This document shows positions 40,341-53,196 of a DNA stretch of 64,000 nt, one piece after another. The stretch covers positions 70,184,001-70,248,000 of the forward strand of contig OZ024743.1 of NCBI GenBank assembly GCA_964016885.1, given 5' to 3'. How positions within the stretch are numbered: position 1 is the stretch's first letter; each line of letters opens with the position of its first letter. This DNA comes from Eledone cirrhosa (taxonomy: Eukaryota). Made by a program: the position numbers and the translations under genes. The notes below the pieces were generated by a model that was not told the origin of the DNA, did not search any database, and was given only the letters and a program-made list of their open reading frames with translations.

Positions 40341-42000
40341 ACCACCAATACTACCAACCACAACAACAACAACAGCAATAACAAACTCTACAGTATTATA
40401 CTACCCACCATCACTACCATTACCACCACTACCACCACCACAATTACCACAACTAACACAACTACCACCACCAATACTACCAACCACAACAACAACAACA
40501 GCAATAACAAACTCTACAGTATTATACTACCCACCATCACTACCATTACCACTACTACCACCACCACCATTACCACCACTACCACCACCACCATTACCAC
40601 CACCAATACCACCAACCACAACAACAACAACAGCAATAACAAACTCTACTGTATTATACTACCCACCTACACTACCATTACCACCACTACCACCATCACC
40701 ATTACCACCACTACCACAACTACCACCACCAATACTACCAACCACAACAACAACAAAAGCAATAACAAACTCTACTGTATTATACTACCCACAATCACTA
40801 CCATTACCACCATTACCACCACTACCACCACCACCATCACCACCACTACCACCACCACCATTACCACCACTACCACAACTACCACCACCAATACTACCAA
40901 CCACAACAACAACAACAGCAATAACAAACTCTACAGTATTATACATACCCACCATCACTACCATTACCACCACTACCACCACCACTATTACCACCACTAC
41001 CACAACTACCACCACCAATACCACCAACCACAACAACAACAACAGCAATAACAAACTCTACTGTATTATACTACCCACCATCACTACCATTACCACCACT
41101 ACCACCACCACCATTACCACCACTACCACAAGTACCACCACCAATACTACCAACCACAACAACAACAACAGCAATAACAAACTCTACTGTATTATACTAC
41201 CCACCAGCACTACCATTACCACCACTACCACCACCACCATTACCACCACTAACACAACTACCACCACCAATACTACCAACCACAACAACAACAACAGCAA
41301 TAACAAACTCTACTGTATTATACTACCCACCATTACCACCACTACCACCACCAACACTACCACCACTACCACCACCACCATCATCACCACTACCACCGCC
41401 ACCATTACAACCACTACCACAACTACCACCACCAATACTACCAACCACAACAACAACAACAGCAATAACAAACTCTACTGTATTATACTACCCACCATCA
41501 CTACCATTACCACCACTACCACTACCACCACCACCATTACCACCACTACCACAACTACCACCACCAATACTACCAACCACAACAACAACAACAGCAATAA
41601 CAAACTCTACTGTATTATACTACCCACCAGCACTACCATTACCACCACTACCACCACCACCATTACCACCACTACCACAACTACCACCACCAATACCACC
41701 AACCACAACAACAACAACAGCAATAACAAACTCTACTGTATTATACTACCCACCATCACTACCATTACCACCACTACCACCACCACCATCACCACCACTA
41801 CCACCACCACCATTACCACCACTACCATAACTACCACCACCAATACCACCAACCACAACAACAACAACAGCAATAATAAACTCTACTGTATTATACTACC
41901 CACCATCACTACCATTACCACCACTACCACCACCACTATTACCACCACTACCACAACTACCACCACCAATACTACCAACCACAACAACAACAATAGTAAT
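40340..42000. repeat. Minisatellite, 12 units of ~120-165 bp with constant core and variable triplet spacer
   Basis: Core ccaaccacaacaacaacaacagcaataacaaactctac(a/t)gtattatactacccacc counted 12 times between 40360 and 41905. Confidence 0.93.
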
Positions 42001-42244
42001 AAACCGTTTATCGTCATAATCCCCGCCGCCAACTACACTAATGAAAGCAACAACATCAACAACAACGATAGCAACACTAACAAACCCTTCATCGTTATTC
42101 ACTCCTTTTCTACCACCGCCAACAACAACAACAACAACAACAATCTATGTATGGACCCGTAAACCCCGAGGGGGTCGTATGTATGCCATATTGACATACG
42201 GCGTTTCTTGGGCATTGGTTAAGCTTGGCAGAGCCCATGTCGGT

Positions 42245-42375
42245 GTGAGCCCCGCGAGTTGGAATGGCTTTTCCAGCGCGTCTCCCTTGCCGTCCCCCGG
42301 GAAACGCCTTCTGTATTATGTCCGCCGGGGCTGTGGGGAGGCCACCAATATGATTGACTGACTTGTCATTTCATC
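42245..42375 (+). mobile_element. Short 3' fragment of the CRE-like family
   Basis: ggtgtgagccccgcgagttggaatggcttttccagcgcgtctcccttgccgtcc matches 10539-10592. Confidence 0.85.
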
Positions 42376-42419
42376 AGTCAGATATTTTTGTTACCACATG
42401 CTTCTCCTTTAGATACCTT

Positions 42420-43716
42420 AATAATTGTTTCTACTTTAGGCACAACGCCAGCAATTACCCAGTACATTACTGGTACTTTATTTTATCGACCCCGTAAGGA
42501 TGAAAGGCAAAGTCAACCTCGGCGGGATTTGAACTCAGATCGTAAAGGGACGTAACTATGCTGGAAAGCATGGCGTCCGACCCTCTACCGATACTGCCAA
42601 TCCACCACCCTATTTTAGATACCTTAATAATACCAGTACGTAGAATTCTTCCATAAAGTGTGAGAGAAAGGAGTGAGAAAAAGATATAGAGGAATAATCG
42701 AACCAGTTCTTGACTGGTACTTTTATTATCTATCTTAGATGAATGAAAGGCAAAGTTAACCTCGGTGAGATTTGAACTCAGAGAGTAGAGACGGAACGAA
42801 TAACGCAAAGCATTCTATCCTCTGCCAATGTGACGCCTAACAACAATAATACTGACGGAAATCACCACCACAACCACCACCAGCAACCACAAAAAAAAAT
42901 TACCACCATCACCGCCACCAACAACAACTCCAACATCAACACCACAACCCACAGCACCATCATCAAAACCAACAACAACAACGACAACAACTCTAAAATC
43001 AGCAACACAACCACAAACTTCAACACCACAACCACCAACAACTCCAACAAAACAAACCCGTCACGACCATCTCATTATCATAACCACTATACCCAACAGC
43101 AATAAAACCAATAACAATCACCACCATCACCACCACCATCATCATCACCACCATCATCATCACCATCAGCAGCAGCAACAAGAACACAAACGGCAGTGGC
43201 AGTAGTCCCATCTCAAGCAACAACATCATCATCAACAACATAATTATCAATAGAACAATCATAATCATTTGTAGAAATAATATAAAAATAATTGTTTCTA
43301 CTTTTGGCACAAGGCCAGCAATTACCCAGTGCATTACTGGTACTTTATTTTATCGTCCCCGTAAGGATGACAGGTAAAGATAACCTCGGAGGGATTTGAA
43401 CTCAGTCCATAAAGGGACGCAACTCTATGATGCAAAGCATTATAATAATTGTTTCTACTTTTGGCACAAGGCCAGCAATCACCCAGTGCATTACTGGTAC
43501 ATTATTTTATCGACCCTGTAAGGATGAAAGCCAAAGTTAACCTCGGCAGGATTATAATAATGGTTTCTGATTTAGACCCAAGCCAACAATATTTGAAATG
43601 GGGAGTCGAATAAATCGACCCCAGTACGTTACTGGTACTTTATTTATCGACCCCGTAAGGATGAAAGGCAAAGTTAACCTCGGTGGGATTTGAACTCAGA
43701 ATGGCAAGGGCCGTAA
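42420..43716 (-). mobile_element. Five SINE copies or fragments (~42420-42610, 42700-42830, 43288-43442, 43443-43552, 43555-43716) with intervening triplet repeats
   Basis: Same SINE motifs as the other copies. Confidence 0.88.
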
Positions 43717-44114
43717 AGAAGAAGAAGAAGAAGCAGAAGAAGAAGAAGAAGAAGAAGAAGAAAGAAGAGGAGGGGGAGGAGAAGAAGAAGAAGAAAGGAA
43801 AAGAATGACAATGGTCAGGAAGACGATGATTATGATGATGATAATGATGATGATGATATTTATAATTGCATCATCATCAACATCAACAACAACAACAACA
43901 ACAATAATGATTTAATTTAAAAACAATTCGATAGTTTCAAGGTCAAGTTGAAGAGGGGAGTAGGGTTGTCGGGTCATTACCACCAATAACATCAATACCA
44001 CCAATACCGTCACTATCAGCAGTGTAATCAATATTATCAATATCATTAATATCATCAATATTATCAATATGATCAATATGATCGATATGATCGATATCAT
44101 ATTATTTTTTAAGT

Positions 44115-44300
44115 AGATTGGCAGTATCAGTAGAGGGTCGGACAACATACTTTGAAGCACAGAGTTACCTCCCTTTATAATCTGAGTTCAAATCCCGCCG
44201 AGGTTAACTTTGCCTTTCATCCTTACGGGGTCGATAAAATAAAATACCAGTAATGCACTGGGTGATTGCTGGCCTTGTGCCAAAAGTAGAAATAATTATT
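44115..44300 (+). mobile_element. SINE copy
   Basis: A box, B box, core and tail all present. Confidence 0.92.
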
Positions 44301-44364
44301 TTTTAAATGTTGGTAATTATGAAGTGGGGCAAACTGGAAGATTAGGAACGGTCGGATAATAACT

Positions 44365-45735
44365 ATGATGATGATGATGATGATAGTGGTGGTGAGGGTG
44401 GTGGTGAGGGTGATGATGGTGGTGATGATGGTGATGGTGGTAGTGGTGGTAAGGGTGGTGGTGGTGGTGGTGATGGTGATGGTGGTAGTGGTGGTAAGGG
44501 TGGTGGTGGTGGTGATGATGGTGATGGTGGTAGTGGTGGTAAGGGTGGTGGTGGTGGTGGTGATGGTGATGGTGGTAGTGGTGGTAAGGGTGGTGGTGGT
44601 GGTGATGATGGTGATGGTGGTAGTGGTGGTAAGGGTGGTGGTGGTGGTGATGATGGTGATGGTGGTAGTGGTGGTAAGGGTGGTGGTGGTGGTGGTGAGG
44701 GTGGTGGTGGGGCTGATGGTGATGGTGGTAGTGGTGGTAAGGGTGGTGGTGGTGGTGGTGATGGTGATGGTGGTAGTGGTGGTGGTGGTGGTGCTGATGG
44801 TGATGGTGGTAGTGGTGGTGAGGGTCGTGGTGGTGATGGAGGTGATGGTGATGATGGTGATAATGATGACGATGACGATAGTGATGGTGATGGTGATGAT
44901 GATGATGATAATGATAGTGGTGGTGAGGGTGATGGTGATGGTGTTGGCATTGGTGATTGAGGTGATGGTGATGGTTGTGATGGTGATGATGATGATGATG
45001 GTGGTCGTGGTGGTGGTTATGATGATGATGGTGATAATGATAGCGGTGGTAGTGGTGATGGAGGTGATAGTGATAGTGATGATGGTGATGATGATGGAAT
45101 TGATGATAGTGATGGTGATGATGATGATGTTGATGATGATGGTGATGATGATGATGATGATGATCATCATCATCATGATAATGATGATGATGGTGAAGAT
45201 TGTGATGATCTTGATGAAGATGATGATGATGGTGATGATGGTGATGATGATGATGATGGTGGTAGTGGTGGCGGTGGTGATGATGATGGTGATGATGATA
45301 GTGATGATGATGATGGTGGTAGTGGTGGCGGTGGTGATGATGATGGTGATGATGATGGTGGTGGTGGTGGTGGTGGTGGTGGTGGTGATGATGATGGTAA
45401 TGATGATGGTGATGATGATTTTGATGAAGTTGATAATGGTGAAGATTATGTTGATGATTATCTTAATAATGATAATGTTGTTGATGTTGATGATGATGAT
45501 GATGATGATGTTGATGATAATGATGTTGATGATAGTGATAATCATGATGATGATGATGGTTACGATGATGATGTTGATGGTAATGATAAAGATTATTGTG
45601 ATGATGATGATGGTGGTGGTGTTTGTGGCGGTGTTGAGAGGGACGTTGTTGATGTTAACGGTAACGATGGTGATGATGGCGACGTGGATGATGATGATGA
45701 CAATGATGATGATGATGATGGTGATGATGATGTAG
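44365..45735. repeat. (GGT/GAT)n block including a ~45-bp minisatellite at ~44420-44830
   Basis: Unit gtggtggtaagggtggtggtggtggtgatgatggtgatggtggta is repeated. Confidence 0.9.
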
Positions 45736-45824
45736 GAACGAGCAGCAGGTGATGCAGTAGTAACTCACCTGATACCCTCGAAGATATGATATAATAATAA
45801 CGACAACAACAACAACAATAATAA

Positions 45825-46510
45825 TAATAATAATTGCTTCTACATTTGGCACAAGGACAGCAATGATCTCAGTGTATTACTGGTACTTTATTTTATCGAC
45901 CCCGTAAGGATAAAAGCAAAGTTAACCTCGATGGGATTTGAACTGAGAATGGCAAGGGCTGTAACTCCATGTGTCAAAGTATGGCGTCCGACCCTCTACC
46001 GATACTGCCAATCCACCGCCCAATAATAATAATAAGTGTTTTTACGTTTAGCACAAGGCCAGCAATGATCCCAGTGTATTACTGGTACTTTATTTATCGA
46101 CCCCGTAAGGATGAAAGGCAAAGTTAACCTTGGCGGGATTTGAACTCAATCCGTAAAGGGACGTAACTGTGCTGTATATAAAATATATAATGCTGTATAT
46201 ATAATATTAATATATATAATACAATCTGAGTTCAAATCCCGCCGAGGTTGACTTTGCCTTTCATCCTTACGGGGTCGATAAAATAAAGTACCAGTAATGC
46301 ACTGGGTCATTGCTCGCCTTGTGCCTAAAAGTAGAAACAATTAATATATATAATATTAATAATAATAATAAAATCCCAGTGTATTACTGGTACTTTATTT
46401 TATCGACCCCTAGAGGATGAAAGACAAAGTTAACGTCGGCGGGTTTTGAACTCAGTCCGTAAAGGGACGTAACCGTGCTGCAAAGCATGGCGTCCGACCC
46501 TCTACCGATA
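45825..46510. mobile_element. Four SINE copies: 45825-46021(-), 46030-46170(-), 46222-46345(+), 46372-46510(-)
   Basis: Same SINE motifs; includes an inverted pair. Confidence 0.9.
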
Positions 46511-46521
46511 ATAATAATATT

Positions 46522-46571
46522 GATTTCATTTATTAGCCACAAGGGCCGACATGTAGGGGACAAAGACAGGG
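46522..46571 (-). mobile_element. ~50-bp isolated 3' terminus of a Tx1 subfamily D element
   Basis: tttcatttattagccacaagggccgacatgtaggggacaaagacaggg matches 47661-47713; short AAT repeats on both sides. Confidence 0.85.
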
Positions 46572-46576
46572 ATAAT

Positions 46577-47347
46577 AATAGGGATGTCCAAGGAGGAAAT
46601 AACATCAAGGAGAAAGAGCAGCCTTCAGGAAAAAATCCCTTCATAGTACCTTCTTTGAGAAAACTGAATTCAGAGATCCACAGACATGGAACTGGTTGAA
46701 AAGAGGAGACCTTAAAAAGGCTACATAAGGAATGTTAATGGCTGCGCAGGAGCAGGCCCTCAAAACGAAGTGGTTGAAACACCATATTTACAGGGAGGAG
46801 GCTAGCCCACTGTGCAGGATCTGTGGAGAGAGAGAGGAGACTGTGGCTCACATTGTATCCGAGTGTAAACACCTAGCCCAGACTCACTATAAGGGCTGGA
46901 GACATGATGTGATGGGCAGGGTGATCCACTGGCACCTATGCAAAGTAAACACAATAGACCTGACCTGGTGGTTGTAGGCAAAGAAAAAAGATCGTGCCTG
47001 ATTGTGGATGTGGCCTGCCTATTCGACACGAGAGTGCAAGAGAAGGAGAGGGAGAAAATTAACCGATACCAGGACTTAAAGTGGGAGGTAAAAAGGATTT
47101 GGAACTGCCATGAAGTGAAAGGCGTACATTGTCATAGGCGCACTAGGTACTATCTCAAAAAGTTTCCAGGGATGGTTAAAGAAAATTGGCCCCTTCACGC
47201 TTTTTGGAACGCTTCAAAAGGCATGCTTGCTGGGAACAGCAAGAACACTCCGATACGTCCTGAATATCTGAGGCTGCAGGTAGTGGCTTGATATTCATTT
47301 CAACAAAATTTCCAGTTAACTAACATCAATGACTGAGACTCAAAGAA
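46577..47347 (+). mobile_element. R4/Dong-like element 3' fragment (CCHC + RLE + 3' UTR)
   Basis: LMAAQEQAL, CRICGEREETVAHIVSECKHLAQTHYKGWRHD, HNRPDLVVV..IVDVAC, EKINRYQDL; ends in (AAT)n. Confidence 0.9.
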
Positions 47348-47354
47348 CAATAAT

Positions 47355-47505
47355 AATAATAATTGTTTCTACTATTGGCACAAGGCCAGTAATTACCCAG
47401 TACATTACTGGTACTTTATTTTATCGACCCCGTAAGGATGAAAGGCAAAGTTAACCTCGGCGGGATTTGAACTCAGAATGAAATGGGCCGTAACTCTATA
47501 CGTCA
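47355..47505 (-). mobile_element. 5'-truncated SINE
   Basis: Tail, core and B box present. Confidence 0.9.
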
Positions 47506-47582
47506 AACAATAATAATACTACTACTAATAATAATAATCTCCCCTTCCCCTCCAACAATAGAAAAAGCCCCAGCACCACCAC

Positions 47583-47618
47583 TTTCCAGTTAACTAACAT
47601 CAATCACTGAGACTCAAA

Positions 47619-47620
<2 letters not shown>
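47583..47620 (+). mobile_element. ~38-bp isolated 3' terminus of the R4/Dong-like family
   Basis: tttccagttaactaacatcaatcactgagactcaaaga matches ~47309-47346 and is followed by (AAT)n. Confidence 0.85.
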
Positions 47621-47658
<38 letters not shown>

Positions 47659-47659
<1 letters not shown>

Positions 47660-49708
47660 TTTTCATTTATTAGCCACCAGGGCCGACATGTAGGGGACAA
47701 TACAAAGACAGGGACAGTGGGGGTTTACAATAAGGTGGAGTAAAAGTGCACAAAAGTGCACACTAATTTAACAATGAAAATATAAAAATATAAAATAAAC
47801 TATGCATAAATATAACAAAATAAATTCCCCGATAGGGGGTGTACGACCCTGAGGTGCTTCAGGTACCCCACCAGTCCTGAACCACCCTGCGCTTCTAGGG
47901 CACCCAGGGAGAGCACCCTTCTCCTCAAGTTAGCTAGCCTATAGGCGCATGGTCAGAGTAGGCCCATTCACACGAGCCATTCTCGCCACATTCACCCACC
48001 TTTTAGCAAATGTACTGGGGGGCAGCACTTCTCTCTCCACCCTCACCTTCCTTTCCAGGTGAAACTTGAAGAAGTTGATGATGGATTGGCCGAAGAGAAA
48101 AGTGTCTGTCTTTAGTCCTTTCAACCTGGTCCACCATATAATCTCTTTCGCAACTGCCACCAGACAGAGGAAAATTTCCTGCTCTTCCTGACCTAAGGAA
48201 GGCGGTGGATCGATCTTAACTATGGACTCGGCCGATAGCCGGATTCGTTCCACACGCGACAGTAGCTGTTCGACATAACCCAACAAGTCAGCAATGCACG
48301 GACATTGGAACAGTGCATGCAGAACGGTTTCGTCGTTCTGTGCGCATCTTGGGCAGGTCCGTCTGACAGCACTTCCGTGTCTGTAGAGTTTATCCCGAAC
48401 CGGCAGTGCCCCCCGGTAGCACTGCCAAGCGAGGGATTTCTGGAAATTATCCATCGTCCCCGGCTCAAAAGTCCTCCGGTACAGACTGGTCAGTTCGATT
48501 TCGTCGAGGCCCAAAGCTTCTCCGAGTGCGTCATCGCACTTGCCCACCACTAATCCTCTAAAGAACTCGAGAGTGGAAGTTCCACTGATCGCATTGCCCG
48601 CTTGGTAGAGGGCAGTGAGTGCCTGGCAACATTCCAGGTGCCAGTCACCCAGTCTCGGTCTCTTCTTGACCCAGGACTGCAGCTTAGTCAAAGAAATGAG
48701 CTGCGGAAAGGCCCGTCTGATAGACGGCGACCACACCTGTTCACCGTTGAGGCAGAATATCTGGAGATGTCGCAGCCTCAACGCATGTCTGCGCATCGTT
48801 AGCCACGGCATGCCCAGCCCTCCGCGTAGAGGGTGCTGGCAGCAGATGGACCGCCTCACCAACGGAACTTGTCCCCTCCACAAGAATTTGAAGAGGAGCC
48901 GTTCCAGCTTGACGAGGCGCGGATGGGGGCAAGGCACGACGGTCAGGCGGTAGTAGATGACGGACGCGATGTACGAATTCGCCACCTCCGCGCGACCTTT
49001 CAGTGATAGCTTCCTCCCAGCCCATTTTTGGGTGAGACTGTCTACTCTGCTAGTTACCTCGTCACAATTCTTTTCCACCTGGAGGTCTGGTCCGAACCAA
49101 ACCCCGAGCAACTCTACCGGTCCGTCCGTCCAGCGCCCCACGACGCTGTTGGACGGCATGGGCTTGCCTTTCCAGGTTCCGAGCTGCAAGCCCACCGACT
49201 TTTCCGGGTTAAGTTTGGCTGCTGTCAACCTTTCATTTTCCTTCAATAAGGTGCAGACCACGTCGATTTCTGAGGTGTTCGATACCATCACGGTGATATC
49301 GTCAGCATAAGCCGACACCGCCCTTCCACGTCCCGGTTCGAGCGGGATGCCCTGCAACAGCTCCAGCTTCCGCAGTAAAGGCTCGAGAGTCAATACGTAC
49401 AGAAGGGAAGAGAGAGGGCACCCTTGACGGACCGATCGGGAGAGCCGAAATGGTTCCGAGAGGTGGCCATTAACGTTGACCACCGAGCATGTGTCGCTGT
49501 GCATTGCAACGATCCAGCTTCTAAAGACAGGGCCGAAGCCAGCTGCTTTGAGAACAAACTCCAGATACCGATAGTCGACGCTATCGAATGCATTCGATTG
49601 ATCTAAATTGATCAGTGCCCCACCGAAGCCAGGTTTACACCCTACCCTCTCTATGATGTATCGCATGAGGTGGAGATTGTCGTGTATGGATCTGGCCTGG
49701 ATTGCGCA
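47659..49708 (-). mobile_element. Tx1-type LINE, subfamily D, 5'-truncated
   Basis: Uninterrupted 575-aa RT/C-terminal ORF; distinct 3' UTR; AATAAA followed by (ATT)n. Confidence 0.93.
47939..49666 (-). CDS. Open 3' part of Tx1-D ORF2 (RT motifs 3-7 + zinc finger); truncated, not a complete gene
   Basis: LDQSNAFDSVD, SVRQGCPLSSLLY, AYADDI, CPRC..DETVLHALFQC with no stops. Confidence 0.85.
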   Translation of the reverse strand: MRYIIERVGCKPGFGGALINLDQSNAFDSVDYRYLEFVLKAAGFGPVFRSWIVAMHSDTCSVVNVNGHLSEPFRLSRSVRQGCPLSSLLYVLTLEPLLRKLELLQGIPLEPGRGRAVSAYADDITVMVSNTSEIDVVCTLLKENERLTAAKLNPEKSVGLQLGTWKGKPMPSNSVVGRWTDGPVELLGVWFGPDLQVEKNCDEVTSRVDSLTQKWAGRKLSLKGRAEVANSYIASVIYYRLTVVPCPHPRLVKLERLLFKFLWRGQVPLVRRSICCQHPLRGGLGMPWLTMRRHALRLRHLQIFCLNGEQVWSPSIRRAFPQLISLTKLQSWVKKRPRLGDWHLECCQALTALYQAGNAISGTSTLEFFRGLVVGKCDDALGEALGLDEIELTSLYRRTFEPGTMDNFQKSLAWQCYRGALPVRDKLYRHGSAVRRTCPRCAQNDETVLHALFQCPCIADLLGYVEQLLSRVERIRLSAESIVKIDPPPSLGQEEQEIFLCLVAVAKEIIWWTRLKGLKTDTFLFGQSIINFFKFHLERKVRVEREVLPPSTFAKRWVNVARMARVNGPTLTMRL

Positions 49709-52700
49709 AGGGTTTACATAAAGTAGACATTAAGGACAGTGCAGGACAATACAGGACGGTACAAATGGGCATTTCTGCGTGTAAAAAACAAAAACAGAGG
49801 ATGTAACAAAAAAATAACAATGAAAAATTCCCCAATAGGGGGGAGACTTCGGAGGGATATTTGTGGAGAAAGCCCAGTAAAAGGCTACAGTGACCATGAA
49901 CACCAAGGCAAGTGCCCTCTCCCAGTTTTCCACCTTTAATTTACAGATACGTACACAAAGTAGGCCCATTCACTCGGGTCATTTTTGCTTCTCTCACCCA
50001 TCTTTCAACAAAATGCTGGGAAGAGAGCACTTCCCTCTCTACCCTGATTTTCCTTTTCAAATGAAATTTGAAAAAGTTAATCAGGGCATCACCGAAGAGG
50101 TAAGTGCTCGTCTTCAGCCCTTTCAAACGTGTCCACCATACTATCTCTTTCGCCATGGCCACCAGACAGATAAAAACTGCCTGCCCTTCACGGCTAAATG
50201 AAGAGGGCGGGGCAATCCTCACGATGGACTCAGATGATAGCCGGATCCGTCCTACACGCGACAGCAGGTGTTCGGCATAAACCCACAAGTCAGCAATTTT
50301 CGGACACTGGACGAGTGCGTGCAGGACGGTTTCGTCGCCCTGTGCGCATCTCGGACATGCCCGGCTGACGGCAGCTCCATGCCTGTAGAGTTTATCCCGA
50401 ACTGGCAAGGCTCCTCGGTAGCACTGCCAGGCCAGAGATTTCTGGAAGTTGTCCATAGGTCCCGGCCCGAAATTTCTTCCGAAGAGATTTGTTAGTTGAT
50501 TTTCGTCGAAGCCTAGAGTTTCCCCAAGCATGTCGTCGCTCTTCCATACCACTAATCCTCTATAGAACGCCGAGGTGGAGTTTCCACCGATCACATTGCC
50601 CGATTGGTCGAGGGCTGTGAGCGCCTGAAGACATTCCAGTCTCCAGGCGCTCCCTCTCGGTCTTCGCTTGACCCAGGACTGCAGCTCCGTCAAGGAAACG
50701 AGCTGGGGAAATACCTGTCGAGCAAACGGCGACCACACCTGATCACCGTCGAGGAAGAGGTGGAGATGTCGTAGCCTGAGAGCGTGTCTACGCATCATCA
50801 GCCACGGCATGCCCAGCCCTCCACGTAGTGGGTGTTGACAGCAGGTGGACCGCCTGACCATCGGAGCGCGTCCCTTCCACAAAAAGCGAAAGAGCAAACG
50901 CTCCAGCGCAGTCATGCGGGGCTTAGGACAAGGTACGACGGTCAGGCGGTAATAGATGACGGACGCGATGTACGCGTTAGCCACCTCCGCTCGACCTTTC
51001 AGGGATAGCTTCCTCTCCGCCCATTTCTGGGTGAGAGAAGATAACCTGCTCGTCACCTCGTCCGAGTTTTTGTCCGTCTGGAGGTCCGGACCGAAACAGA
51101 CCCCTAGCAATTTAACCGGTCCGTCCGCCCAGCGTCCGACGACGCTGTTGGACGGCATGGACCTGCCTCTCCAGGTGCCGAGCTGCAGGCCCACTGACTT
51201 TTCCTGGTTGATCATTGCTCCTGTCACCGCTTCGTATTCTCTTAGTGTAGTGCCGATCGCCTCGATGTGTTTGGCGTTCGACACCACTATGGTGACATCG
51301 TCCGCATATGCTGACACGGATCTTCCGCATCCTAGTTCGCGCGGGACGCCCCTCAACGTCTCCAGTTTGTGCAGTAATGGCTCGAGAGTCAATACGTACA
51401 AGAGGGACGAGAGGGACATCCTTGGCGGACCGAGCGCATGATGTTGAACGGTTCCGAATGGTGACCGTTCACTCTCACCACAGAGCAGATGTCGCTGTGC
51501 ATGGCAGCGATCCAGCCTCTGAAGACGGGCCCAAAACCAGCCGCCCTCAGGACTTCCGCTAGGTAACGATGGTCGAACCTATCGAAAGCTTTCGACTGAT
51601 CTAAATTGATCAAGGACCCACCTGTGCCAGGTTCCCTAGCTACCCTCTCTACGATGTATCGCATGAGGTGGAAGTTGTCGTGGATGGATCTGTCGGGAAT
51701 GGCGCATGTCTGCGCCTCTCCCAACATACCACCAACGACAAGCGCCAACCTCTTTGCTAGCACCTTGGCCAAAATCTTGAACTCTGTGTTTAGCAGAGTT
51801 ATGGGCCTGAAATTGTCTATGTTATCCCTCTTGTTATGATCCTTTCTCAGCAGTGCCACCGCTTCTCGACTCACAGAGCTGGGAATTCTCCCGTTCTGTT
51901 GCCAGTTGCAGTAGACGGCCGCCAAGGGGCCTCTGAACAAGTCTGGCATCTGTACGTAAAGTTCATAGAGCAGACCATCCAAACCAGGCGATTTACCCAT
52001 TGTGCAGCCAGTCATTGCCTCCCGTACTTCAGCGGCTGTTACCGGCTTTTCGCAACACTCCGCCTCAGTGGCCGAGAGCCGCGGCAGTCCGTCGAGGTAG
52101 ACACTAAAGTCCATCCCTCGACCCGACCCACCGCTGCCCCCGAACAGCTGAGCGAAGTGTCGCTGAAAAGCTTCACACATTTGCCCGGGATCGAGTAGCA
52201 TGCACCCGTCGTGGTCCACGAAAGACCGGATCGTGGCTTTGTTGCCACAACGCGCCTCCGCCACTCGGGCCCATTGAACGGCTTTCGTCCCCTCGTGTCT
52301 GAGAGCACGCACCCTAGCTCTGACAACGCAGCCTTCGTGCTTTGCATTGAAGAATTGGTCAAGGGCCAATTTCGTCGCAAGCACGTCGGTCGCGATGCCT
52401 TTGCTAAGCGCCTCGGCTAATTTTCTAACTAGTTCTCCCTCTGCTCTATTTTTCTCTATTGCTAAAGCCTTACTAAACCTAATGGATTCTATTCTAATCG
52501 CTCTTTTCAGAGCAAACCATCACTTGTTGTTGACGATGGCTCCCGTCAACGCCCGCTTAACTAGTTCGCTAATCCGGTCTGTAGGCCTTGCGCGCTGGTA
52601 AGGACGCGTTTAGCTTCCAGTAGCCGGGTCCTCGTCTATGAAGCCTATCTAAATCAACCACACAGATCACGAATTTGTGGTCCGTGTAGCTGCTATCTTG

Positions 52701-53196
52701 AATTGTGGACAGCCTATGCTAGACCTATCTATTTCCCTACAAAATACTCTATCTAGATATGATCTGGATGACCCTATGCGATTTATCCAAGTCCCCATTG
52801 GCACATTCGGGAAATCCAATCGGTACCTGTCAGACAGTTCAAAACGCCTGAGCAAGTTGGTGAGGCTCTTGCACCCTCCACCCCTATCCGCTAATCCCAC
52901 ACAGTGCCAGCGTGCATCTAAGATCCCGTTCCAGTCGCCCACTAACACTAAAGAGCGGGACGTTCCAAGAAAGGTCCCCAGACGCCGGAAGAAATCAGGC
53001 CGCCCTGCTCCTGTCGGGGCATAGACGGCCACTAGCCTGAAAGCCTGCCCGTCTCCGCTGGTCATGTCCAGCACCACCAACTTACCCTCTGGGTCCAGGA
53101 AGATGGCCCGTATGGCGAGATCAAAAGCTATCCGAAAAAGCACAGCAACTCCTCCCCCGATCCGTGGGAGATGCGTACACATCGTAGCCGCCGAAG
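49707..53196 (-). mobile_element. Tx1 family B-type copy (E): most of ORF2, lacking the last ~17 nt of the 3' end
   Basis: Near-identical to 26915-30130; ORFs 52667-53182, 51389-52384, 49941-51419. Confidence 0.93.

Noticed and set aside
40340-42000. CRISPR-like repeat/spacer appearance
   Set aside because: The spacers are related low-complexity triplets, the context is eukaryotic, and there are no cas genes.
45760-45790. Perfect minus-strand donor CAG|GTGAGT
   Set aside because: The upstream sequence is triplet repeat and SINE tail; only an implausible 8-nt micro-exon is possible.
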